Source: a virus
Lineage: Duplodnaviria; Caudoviricetes
DNA length: 32,143 nucleotides
Reading direction: 5' to 3' (one strand)
Virus record (IMG/VR): IMGVR_UViG_3300020355_000007
Coordinates: 1 to 32,143 of that record
Notes under the pieces: generated by a model
Seen by the model: the letters and a program-made list of their open reading frames with translations, nothing else
Databases searched by the model: none
What the model was told of the DNA's origin: nothing
Part shown: positions 8,186-14,878 of the stretch, in pieces
Position numbering within the stretch: the stretch's first letter is position 1
Layout: the number at the start of each line of letters is the position of its first letter
Position numbers and translations under genes: made by a program

Positions 8186-8905
8186 ATGTTAAACCTACTG
8201 AAGTTTGGAGAGCCTAACGCGAAGCTCAAGAAAATGACAAAGAAGCTTGGACTCAAGCTCATCACCTTTACCCTTCCTGCAGGGTGGACTTGCCCCGGTG
8301 CAAAGGATTGTTTATCACGAGCAGACCGAGTGACCGGGAAAGTCACAGACGGAGCAGACACGGAGTTCCGTTGCTTCATGGCTAGCGCAGAAGCGCGTAG
8401 TCCATCATTAAGAAAAAACGTTTGGCACAACCTTGGATTGATCAAGGACGCATTAGTTGACGGCGTGGATGTTTGCGCGGATCTTATTTGCGCCAGCTTG
8501 CCAAGCAAGTTTGACGTTGTGCGTGTTCACGTTGGTGGCGATTATTTCAACAAGGAATATTTGCAAGCGTGGATTGAAGTTGCCAAGCGCAACCCCGACA
8601 AAGTTTTTTACTCTTACAGCAAAAGCTTGCACCTCTTCAAGCAATTTGCTCTTCCCGAAAACCTTGTGTTGACTGCCTCCCGTGGTGGTAAGTTTGACGA
8701 TCTTATTGACGTCCACGGATGGAAAGAAGCCGTTGTTGTTTATAGTGAAGAAGAAGCCAACGAGCTTGTTTTAGAAATTGACCACGACGACACCCACGCA
8801 GCGTTTGGCAACGATCACTTTGCTTTGCTTATTCACGGCACACAACCTAAAGGTAGTGCGGCGAGTATTGCCTTGCAAAAGTTAAAGAAAGCGAGTAAAC
8901 TATAA
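8186..8905 (+). CDS. GP88-like phage protein (Cys-containing, radical-SAM-like signature)
   Basis: N.KL.K, FTLPAGWTCPGAKDC, CF, VRVHVGGDY, FYSYSKS and PENLVLTAS motifs; leaderless promoter TTGACG(8151)-17-TAAGAT-6-ATG. Confidence 0.7.
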   Translation: MLNLLKFGEPNAKLKKMTKKLGLKLITFTLPAGWTCPGAKDCLSRADRVTGKVTDGADTEFRCFMASAEARSPSLRKNVWHNLGLIKDALVDGVDVCADLICASLPSKFDVVRVHVGGDYFNKEYLQAWIEVAKRNPDKVFYSYSKSLHLFKQFALPENLVLTASRGGKFDDLIDVHGWKEAVVVYSEEEANELVLEIDHDDTHAAFGNDHFALLIHGTQPKGSAASIALQKLKKASKL

Positions 8906-8919
8906 AAACATCATGAAAC

Positions 8920-8994
8920 ATGGTAGAGACATTATTAATCATAGCGGGTATCATAGCACTAAACGTGTTCATCATAAACATAATAGAAGGATAA
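8920..8994 (+). CDS. possible 24-aa membrane micropeptide
   Basis: MVETLLIIAGIIALNVFIINIIEG; an alternative frame from ATG 8913 also exists. Confidence 0.35.
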   Translation: MVETLLIIAGIIALNVFIINIIEG

Positions 8995-9044
8995 AGTATA
9001 AATAGTTGGTGTGTTCATAATAAAATAGTAGGCTAACATAAAAG

Positions 9045-9077
9045 AACGGCGAGGTCTTCGGGTCTCGTCGTTTTTTT
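9045..9077 (+). terminator. intrinsic terminator
   Basis: AACGGCGAG..TTCG..CTCGTCGTT followed by a T run. Confidence 0.8.
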
Positions 9078-9202
9078 GTAGCTATAAATAACTCCATAAA
9101 TAATAACAAATAAACTTTGCCATATATAATAACAAATAAACCTAATAATATAATAATAATAAATAATAATATTTTTCCTTTCGCATTTTTGCCTTGACAT
9201 TT

Positions 9203-9235
9203 TTGGCACGCGGCGCGCTGCCCGCCCCGTGCCAA
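9203..9235. repeat. 33-bp dyad, copy 4
   Basis: TTGGCACG-CGGCGC-GCTGC-CCGCCC-CGTGCCAA. Confidence 0.95.
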
Positions 9236-9320
9236 AAAGCAAGAATATTCGCAAAAAACTTTTTTCATTTTTTTTCGTTTTTGTGCTTGCGTTTTTCTGC
9301 CAAGTCTGTATAATGCTTGC

Positions 9321-9554
9321 ATGAACATTACAGGACAGAGGATTTTAATCAGCCCCAACAGCAAAGCTACCACACGCACCAAAAACCGCATCCGTGAGCA
9401 TGGCGCAAAGGGATTCATTCTGGAACGCCGCAACGACAACGCTTTCCCCCCGATGTGGCTTGTCCGTGCATCCGATGGCTGGATGGGTTGGCTGGCAAAA
9501 GAAGAATTTCACTTGGAAGCTTGGGGCGAAGAATTTTTTGTAGAAAAGTTTTAG
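9321..9554 (+). CDS. hypothetical protein
   Basis: 77 aa; TATAAT(9309)-6 nt-ATG, leaderless. Confidence 0.75.
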   Translation: MNITGQRILISPNSKATTRTKNRIREHGAKGFILERRNDNAFPPMWLVRASDGWMGWLAKEEFHLEAWGEEFFVEKF

Positions 9555-9590
9555 GTAGGACTGCGGATGTCCCACCTCGTATGATAGGAT
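9554..9590 (+). promoter_or_regulatory. palindrome plus extended -10 promoter, copy 1
   Basis: GGTAGGAC-TGCGGAT-GTCCCACC-5 nt-TG-A-TAGGAT. Confidence 0.8.
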
Positions 9591-9599
9591 ATATTTATT

Positions 9600-9767
9600 A
9601 TGATGATAGAAGATCACGAAGTAAAAGTAGGCGACGAAGTGCGCGTAGGAATGCAACTAATGATAGTTGACGAGATCACAGACTATGACACCGTGGTGGT
9701 GATTGACCAAGACGGTGGCGAACTTGAACTAACAGAAAACGAGATTGACGTTTTTATCAACCAATGA
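9600..9767 (+). CDS. small acidic SH3/KOW-like protein (55 aa, not in ORF track)
   Basis: MMIEDHEVKVGDEVRVGMQLMIVDEITDYDTVVVIDQDGGELELTENEIDVFINQ; ATGA overlap with the next ORF. Confidence 0.7.
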   Translation: MMIEDHEVKVGDEVRVGMQLMIVDEITDYDTVVVIDQDGGELELTENEIDVFINQ

Positions 9768-9913
9768 AAGGCGCAAAGAATATGAAAAACAAACAACCCA
9801 AAGCAAGGGTAAACCCTCAAGGCTACATGGGCAGCGCGTCCCGTGAGCATAGTGTGAAAAAGGGCAAAGGCTCTTACAAGCGCAACCCCAAGCACAAGGG
9901 TAATTGTGAATAA
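9764..9913 (+). CDS. arfA: ArfA-like (alternative ribosome-rescue factor) small basic protein (49 aa, not in ORF track)
   Basis: ...SREHSVKKGKGSYKRNPKHKG matches the ArfA core KKGKGSYxRxxKH. Confidence 0.65.
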   Translation: MKGAKNMKNKQPKARVNPQGYMGSASREHSVKKGKGSYKRNPKHKGNCE

Positions 9914-9917
9914 CTTT
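9904..9917 (-). promoter_or_regulatory. 14-bp repeat containing a DnaA-box match, copy 1 (others at 10887-10900 and 13353-13366)
   Basis: TTGTGAATAACTTT; its reverse complement contains TTATTCACA (TTWTNCACA). Confidence 0.65.
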
Positions 9918-9939
9918 TTATCGTAGAAACGATTTTTTT

Positions 9940-10392
9940 ATGAGAGACTTACAGCAGATGAAACAATTGAAACTAACACAGAAGAACTGCGGCACACGCA
10001 TTGCGGTTGGACTCCACGGCGACACTCAAAGCATCACCGAGCGATTCAATTCCTTTTGGAATCACGGCGCGACTGATGGCGAGTTGCATTGGTTAACTGA
10101 TGGCAACGCTTATTTTTGGACTACCGAAAAGGATTTGGAAAAGGCAGTCTTTAACGCGACTCTGTTTGAGCTTTGGAACAAGCGTCCAGAGTTGGAAGAA
10201 GATGACAAACAACCAGAAGCAGAGGCGATTGCCAAGCGCATTGCCAATGACCGCCTTGCCAAGATTGAGAACAACCCGCAGTTGCTTAACTTTAACAAAG
10301 CGGTTTCTATTGCAAACCTAGACTGCTACGCAATGGGAAGTATTACAGCAGAAAAACCAGACAGTGATTATTCAAACAGGGAGACTCTATAA
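9940..10392 (+). CDS. hypothetical protein
   Basis: 150 aa ORF (start may be ATG 9958). Confidence 0.7.
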   Translation: MRDLQQMKQLKLTQKNCGTRIAVGLHGDTQSITERFNSFWNHGATDGELHWLTDGNAYFWTTEKDLEKAVFNATLFELWNKRPELEEDDKQPEAEAIAKRIANDRLAKIENNPQLLNFNKAVSIANLDCYAMGSITAEKPDSDYSNRETL

Positions 10393-10628
10393 TGATTAAC
10401 GCAAACACAAAACACCGTTTGAAAATGAAACGCCTTGCAGCTATACAAAACAAGCCGCGAGTCACCAATGATGACTTTGACGTTATCATTATGGCTGTAT
10501 CCATTGGCGAAAGTTTGCCAGAGTGCCAGAGAATTATGCGCTCTGCCATGCACAACAGAGAGAGAGGAACTACCGTGGCGCACTTTGAGGTGCTGGCGAA
10601 AGTTTTTCAAAAATGTACAAACCTATAA
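10392..10628 (+). CDS. hypothetical protein
   Basis: TAATG stop-start overlap; AGGGAG upstream. Confidence 0.65.
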   Translation: MINANTKHRLKMKRLAAIQNKPRVTNDDFDVIIMAVSIGESLPECQRIMRSAMHNRERGTTVAHFEVLAKVFQKCTNL

Positions 10629-10641
10629 GATTATTATAATT

Positions 10642-10836
10642 ATGGAAATCACTAGAACATCAATCCACTCCGGTATCACCCGCACTCTAACCCTTGACGT
10701 AACCGCCGAGGAAATTGCCACTTGGAAAGCTGGCGAGCTAATCCAAAGCGCCATGCCCCGACTCAATGCCGACGAGCGCGAGTTTATTAAAACTGGCATT
10801 ACCGCAGAGGAGTGGCAGGAAATCTTTGCGGATTAA
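10642..10836 (+). CDS. hypothetical protein (64 aa)
   Basis: Likely start ATG 10642; LIQSAMPRLNADEREFIKTGITAEEW resembles a recurring small phage family. Confidence 0.7.
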   Translation: MEITRTSIHSGITRTLTLDVTAEEIATWKAGELIQSAMPRLNADEREFIKTGITAEEWQEIFAD

Positions 10837-10848
10837 CCGCTTGACTTT

Positions 10849-10881
10849 TTGGCACGGGGCGCGCAGCCCGCCGCGTGCCAA
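10849..10881. repeat. 33-bp dyad, copy 5
   Basis: TTGGCACG-GGGCGC-GCAGC-CCGCCG-CGTGCCAA. Confidence 0.95.
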
Positions 10882-10949
10882 TTTTTTTGTGAATAACTTT
10901 TTGCAGAAACAGGGTTGACAAACAACCAAAACTCTTGTATATTATAAAC

Positions 10950-11153
10950 ATGATGAACGACATGATGCCAACCATTGAAGAGACCGCCTCCCTTGACATC
11001 CTCGCGCAGATTGAGCATGAGGAGTGGGAGCGGGGCAACGAACAGCGCGAACGCTGGGAGGGTCTTGAGGCCATTCACGGGCCATTCCTGAAACCCGACG
11101 AAGCGGCTCTGGTTTGCCGCATGGCGGCACACGTTGCCAAGGTAACAGCTTAA
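10950..11153 (+). CDS. hypothetical protein
   Basis: TTGACA(10915)-17-TATATT-6 nt-ATG(10950) fixes the start. Confidence 0.7.
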   Translation: MMNDMMPTIEETASLDILAQIEHEEWERGNEQRERWEGLEAIHGPFLKPDEAALVCRMAAHVAKVTA

Positions 11154-11204
11154 CATTATGGGCCAGCGCGATGGCCTTGGAAATCGCGCCCTTATTATAT
11201 CATT

Positions 11205-11429
11205 ATGATTGAATTAGGAATGGAGGTCATGGACCTTGACGGCTACCTTGGGGTAGTTGTTGCTTCCCCGCGTGGTGGCAAGTGGCTTGTTCAGAAAGAG
11301 AACGGTCACACCATCCGTGTGCGCGAAGAGCATATGCGCGAGTATGACCGCGAAATTGAGGACCGCATTTGCGGTGGCGAGGACTCCCCCGCCTACCTCA
11401 AGTGGTTAGAGAAGCGCGAGCTTGTGTAG
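11205..11429 (+). CDS. small SH3-like hypothetical protein
   Basis: 74 aa; G.EV.D.DG..GVV pattern. Confidence 0.7.
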   Translation: MIELGMEVMDLDGYLGVVVASPRGGKWLVQKENGHTIRVREEHMREYDREIEDRICGGEDSPAYLKWLEKRELV

Positions 11430-11433
11430 AATC

Positions 11434-11455
11434 AACCCCCGCAAGGGGGCTTTTT
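11434..11455 (+). terminator. intrinsic terminator
   Basis: CCCC-GCAA-GGGG followed by GCTTTTT. Confidence 0.75.
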
Positions 11456-11506
11456 GAATAATTTTTATTGACTCAAACTTAAACTTTGATTAGTATTAAC
11501 AAAGAC

Positions 11507-12028
11507 ATGAAGAAAAACCTACAAGACATTGGTGGCATTATTTTTGATGCCTTTATCACTATTGCGATTGGAATTGTTATTCTTAACATTCTGGGCAGCG
11601 TCCTTGTTTCAACTGCGCTTGGAGCAGAGCAACCATTAACCAAAGACGAGCAGACGGTGGCTCTCACCTTGTTAGGCGAGGCGCGTGGCGAAAAACGGGC
11701 TGGCCTTTATGCCGTTGGGTGTGTGATTCAACAGCGTTCACTAGAGCGTAAGTTGACTCCAGCGCAAGTGTGCTTGCAGCCCAAGCAGTTTTCCTGCTGG
11801 AACGACCGCAAGTATATGGACACAATGCGGCGTTTACTAGAAGCAAACACAGAACAAGCCAAGTATGCAAAGCTGCTTGCGCGTTCTATTTGCAAAGGTG
11901 ACAGATTAGTGCAAAGTTTCACTGGCGAAGCTAATCACTATCATGCAACCTATGTAAAACCGTATTGGAGCAAAAAGTTTAAGCCAACAAAAAGGATAGG
12001 CAATCACATTTTTTACAAACTACCATAA
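11507..12028 (+). CDS. SleB/Hydrolase_2-family cell wall hydrolase with N-terminal hydrophobic segment
   Basis: ALTLLGEARGE, QFSCWN, ANHYHA.YVKPYW and IGNHIFY motifs; start set by TTGACT(11468)-17-TAGTAT(11491). Confidence 0.85.
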   Translation: MKKNLQDIGGIIFDAFITIAIGIVILNILGSVLVSTALGAEQPLTKDEQTVALTLLGEARGEKRAGLYAVGCVIQQRSLERKLTPAQVCLQPKQFSCWNDRKYMDTMRRLLEANTEQAKYAKLLARSICKGDRLVQSFTGEANHYHATYVKPYWSKKFKPTKRIGNHIFYKLP

Positions 12029-12029
12029 A

Positions 12030-12212
12030 ATGAAAAAACTGTATAAAGTAGAACTGAATGAGATCCACTGTGCCACGTTTGAGGTTGAAGCAACCAGCGA
12101 GCATGACGCAGTAAACGAAGTGTTAGACGGTGCGGGAGACTTGGTGCATAGCGAGTATTCCTACACACCCGACAATGATGCTGTGCGTAGCGTTACCTGT
12201 AAGGAGGACTAA
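12030..12212 (+). CDS. small acidic hypothetical protein
   Basis: 60 aa; YKV...FEVEATSE.DA pattern. Confidence 0.7.
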   Translation: MKKLYKVELNEIHCATFEVEATSEHDAVNEVLDGAGDLVHSEYSYTPDNDAVRSVTCKED

Positions 12213-12213
12213 A

Positions 12214-12459
12214 ATGAAAGCCATAATTGAAATTGAACTAGGAAACGAAGCATTTGGAAACAATGACGCAGAGCGTTTGTTTGAGATGCGACAAGTAATG
12301 GAAAAGCTAATGGACAATGCCACGCAGATTATGGCGGCGAGCGTTGGCGACTTTGTAACAGCGCAAGACTATAACGGTAACACAGTTGCGCGAATGGACA
12401 TTGTTGAAGGCGATGTAAAAGCTAAAAAGGTTTATGGATTAGAAAATCATAATTATTAA
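12214..12459 (+). CDS. hypothetical protein (81 aa)
   Basis: AAGGAGG SD before ATG 12214; C-terminal DYNGNTVA motif. Confidence 0.7.
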   Translation: MKAIIEIELGNEAFGNNDAERLFEMRQVMEKLMDNATQIMAASVGDFVTAQDYNGNTVARMDIVEGDVKAKKVYGLENHNY

Positions 12460-12460
12460 A

Positions 12461-12724
12461 ATGAGCGATTATTGGACAGGTTTAGTTAATTATAAGCAAG
12501 GAAAAGAACATAAGTATTTCCGCGCACAATTAGATGACAATGGCGAAGCCATAGAAAGCACCATCTGTGAAATTAACTTTACAGAGGAGCGAGACAGAAT
12601 TAAAGAGCAGATTCAACACGACATTGACTGTTACATTAGTTCACAGCCTTACGGCGACGAAAACGAACAATTGATTTCTGACCTCCAGACCATTATAGTA
12701 AACAACTTTAAGGGCTTTGAATAG
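12461..12724 (+). CDS. hypothetical protein
   Basis: 87 aa, tightly packed after the previous stop. Confidence 0.65.
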   Translation: MSDYWTGLVNYKQGKEHKYFRAQLDDNGEAIESTICEINFTEERDRIKEQIQHDIDCYISSQPYGDENEQLISDLQTIIVNNFKGFE

Positions 12725-12732
12725 TTGACTTT

Positions 12733-12765
12733 TTGGCACGGGGGCGGCTGCCGATTTCGTGCCAA
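12733..12765. repeat. 33-bp dyad, copy 6
   Basis: TTGGCACG-GGGGCG-GCTGC-CGATTT-CGTGCCAA. Confidence 0.95.
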
Positions 12766-12840
12766 TTTGCAAGGGGAATTTTTTTCATTTTTTTTGCATT
12801 TTGTTCTTGTAATTTTCTGCCGATCTGCTATACTCTACGC

Positions 12841-13020
12841 ATGATGATTGAGAACGAAAGCATCTTTAAGGTTACATTCACCAATGACAGCACTGTATTC
12901 ATTAAGGCAATGGACAAGGCCCATGCTCGCCGCATTGTAGAGCGCGCTGGTAGGCAATGGCTCTCAGGAGAACAAACGGTTGATATGATTATTAAAAAGA
13001 TTGAGAAAGTTGAACAGTAG
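12841..13020 (+). CDS. hypothetical protein (59 aa)
   Basis: TG-C-TATACT(12829)-6 nt-ATG(12841); the longer ORF-track start runs through the dyad. Confidence 0.7.
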   Translation: MMIENESIFKVTFTNDSTVFIKAMDKAHARRIVERAGRQWLSGEQTVDMIIKKIEKVEQ

Positions 13021-13052
13021 GACTACGGATGTCCTACCCCATATGTTATACT
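13016..13052 (+). promoter_or_regulatory. palindrome plus extended -10 promoter, copy 2
   Basis: AGTAGGAC-TACGGAT-GTCCTACC-5 nt-TG-T-TATACT-6 nt-ATG(13059). Confidence 0.8.
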
Positions 13053-13058
13053 GTACGC

Positions 13059-13346
13059 ATGAAAACAATTAAGAACATGAAAAACCTATTATCAGAATTA
13101 AGCCCAGAGAACTGGAAAAAGTACGCCAACGCAGTAGCAGACGGTGCAACTCACGCACGGTTTACCTACGCTGACGGCAGCTTTCACCCTTACCCTATTG
13201 AGAAAATCAATCACGGCATGAACGCACACCGCCTCTCAAGCCTTGGCTTGGTACTGGTCAAAGTAACCAAAGAAGGTACGGAAACGCTTGCCCGTTTAAC
13301 CTTTTGGAATAGCTTTGTGGATGACCGCGAGATTAACCCCCACTAA
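13059..13346 (+). CDS. hypothetical protein
   Basis: Start fixed by leaderless promoter geometry. Confidence 0.7.
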   Translation: MKTIKNMKNLLSELSPENWKKYANAVADGATHARFTYADGSFHPYPIEKINHGMNAHRLSSLGLVLVKVTKEGTETLARLTFWNSFVDDREINPH

Positions 13347-13406
13347 AGATTATTGTGAATAACTTTATCTGGCAAAAACTGACAAAACCTTTATAGTAAA
13401 CGAACA

Positions 13407-13916
13407 ATGAACGCACAAAGTACCAGCGGATACGGACAGAGCATGGACAACTCCACCCAGTATTGGAGCATCTCGAACGGCAAGGGATTGCCTCAAATGT
13501 TTTGGGATTGGTGGAAGAAGAACCAAGACACCAAGTTTCGTGTTACCTATACGCGACACGCAAACGAACAGCACAACGATGATTTCACTGGCGAACTCAA
13601 GGCAGACCGCTGGATTATGGATGACTTTTATTTGCGCGACAATCCCACCGAGGTGGTAGAATGTCACTATGACATGAACGACACCACGCGCCCCCGCAAG
13701 TTTATTATGAACTTACCTTTTTATAACAAGGACACGGACAGTGCAGAATGGAATCCTGTTTGGAACTACTGCGTTGCATTTGCTGCCAACAACGTAGACC
13801 CGAACCACCTTGAGGTTGTCACCGTTTGGAAAAGGCGTGACGGTCACAGGGGCAACCCTAATCAGCGCAACAAGTATTCCAAGGGTGTAGGAACGCCTAA
13901 AGAATTTCAGCGATAA
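13407..13916 (+). CDS. hypothetical protein
   Basis: 169 aa, Trp-rich. Confidence 0.7.
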   Translation: MNAQSTSGYGQSMDNSTQYWSISNGKGLPQMFWDWWKKNQDTKFRVTYTRHANEQHNDDFTGELKADRWIMDDFYLRDNPTEVVECHYDMNDTTRPRKFIMNLPFYNKDTDSAEWNPVWNYCVAFAANNVDPNHLEVVTVWKRRDGHRGNPNQRNKYSKGVGTPKEFQR

Positions 13917-13936
13917 GATAGAAGAGAGAAAAGAGA

Positions 13937-14011
13937 ATGTTAGTTATTACCTTTGTTTGTATATTAATTATTTTTATAGGAATCTGGAATGAGCTTCAAA
14001 AATTTAACTAA
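13937..14011 (+). CDS. possible 24-aa membrane micropeptide
   Basis: MLVITFVCILIIFIGIWNELQKFN; purine-rich leader. Confidence 0.45.
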   Translation: MLVITFVCILIIFIGIWNELQKFN

Positions 14012-14026
14012 AAGCTGTTGACATTT

Positions 14027-14059
14027 TTGGCACGGGGGCGGCTGCACGGCGCGTGCCAA
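14027..14059. repeat. 33-bp dyad, copy 7
   Basis: TTGGCACG-GGGGCG-GCTGC-ACGGCG-CGTGCCAA. Confidence 0.95.
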
Positions 14060-14092
14060 TTTGCAAGGGGATTTTTTTTTAACTTTCTTTTT

Positions 14093-14129
14093 GGTGGGAC
14101 TGCGGATGTCCTACCCTGTGTGCTATCAT
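14093..14129 (+). promoter_or_regulatory. palindrome plus extended -10 promoter, copy 3
   Basis: GGTGGGAC-TGCGGAT-GTCCTACC-5 nt-TG-C-TATCAT-6 nt-ATG(14136). Confidence 0.8.
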
Positions 14130-14135
14130 AGTCGC

Positions 14136-14345
14136 ATGATGAAAATGAAAGAGAAACTGTTCAGAGTAAAGATTGCCCTCTGGCGCAAAGCCCAACCCAC
14201 CCGCAGCACCCACATCAGGGCATATGACTTGGCCCACGCCAAGAGAATCAGTAACCGTCTATTTGGGACATTGGGCGTAACAGTAGAACCCGCCAAACCC
14301 TTTCCCCGATTTGATGGAAAAAAAATTGGAGAATTTAACAGGTAG
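14136..14345 (+). CDS. small basic hypothetical protein
   Basis: F.V...IRAYDLAHAKRI resembles FKV...IKAMDKAHARRI in 12841-13020 (possible paralogues). Confidence 0.7.
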   Translation: MMKMKEKLFRVKIALWRKAQPTRSTHIRAYDLAHAKRISNRLFGTLGVTVEPAKPFPRFDGKKIGEFNR

Positions 14346-14377
14346 GACAGCGGATGTCTTACCCCCTATGCTATACT
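14341..14377 (+). promoter_or_regulatory. palindrome plus extended -10 promoter, copy 4
   Basis: GGTAGGAC-AGCGGAT-GTCTTACC-5 nt-TG-C-TATACT. Confidence 0.8.
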
Positions 14378-14395
14378 AGACGCAGTTAAAAGATT

Positions 14396-14548
14396 ATGAA
14401 AGACAACAAAAACGAGTTCAAGAAAGACCTCCACGAGTGGCTGGCAGAGATGAAAAGAAGGCGTGAGATTAACCGCAAGCGCGATGAAGAACAAGCGCGT
14501 TGGGATACTCAGTTCAACGCCCCACTCAACCTGAAAGACAGGGACTAA
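14396..14548 (+). CDS. hypothetical protein (50 aa, not in ORF track)
   Basis: MKDNKNEFKKDLHEWLAEMKRRRE...; AAGATTATG start context. Confidence 0.65.
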   Translation: MKDNKNEFKKDLHEWLAEMKRRREINRKRDEEQARWDTQFNAPLNLKDRD

Positions 14549-14554
14549 AAGATT

Positions 14555-14704
14555 ATGAAGAACCAAGAAATGGAATTGATAAACGACAACGGCACTTGGA
14601 AGATTAAGTGGAACGATGGATTTGAACGCAACTTTGAATCCTTCTTTGAGGCAAGGCTTCACTTTGTAGCTTTGGTGAATCAACAAATTGCAATGGAGCG
14701 TTAA
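14555..14704 (+). CDS. hypothetical protein (49 aa, not in ORF track)
   Basis: MKNQEMELINDNGTWKIKWNDGFERNF...; AAGATTATG start context. Confidence 0.65.
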   Translation: MKNQEMELINDNGTWKIKWNDGFERNFESFFEARLHFVALVNQQIAMER

Positions 14705-14708
14705 GATT

Positions 14709-14867
14709 ATGAACGATATAACGATAACAGAAAACGGAGCCGCTCTAGTAGACGGCACAGAATACCCCATTCACAGCATTGACTACGCGGGCTGTGAAGC
14801 AATCACAATCCCCACGTTGGATTTAATTTCCTACGATGAGGGCGAAACATGGAGAGAGATTGAATAG
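14709..14867 (+). CDS. hypothetical acidic protein (52 aa, not in ORF track)
   Basis: MNDITITENGAALVDGTEYP...SYDEGETWREIE; AAGATTATG start context. Confidence 0.65.
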   Translation: MNDITITENGAALVDGTEYPIHSIDYAGCEAITIPTLDLISYDEGETWREIE

Positions 14868-14878
14868 TATAAAAGATT

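Noticed and set aside
5274-14059. Dyad array read as CRISPR or integron attC array
   Set aside because: Intervals are 1.1-1.9 kb multi-gene units with their own promoters; no cas or integrase gene in the window and no RYYYAAC/GTTRRRY ends
5274-14059. Dyads as plain intrinsic terminators
   Set aside because: T runs lie before the stem in most copies, the loop would be 17 nt with an invariant centre, and copies 1, 2 and 4 already have separate terminators upstream; only copy 5 has a good downstream T tract
12733-14135. Long N-terminal extensions of ORFs 12733, 13029 and 14061
   Set aside because: They translate the dyad or palindrome promoters; promoter geometry supports starts at 12841, 13059 and 14136
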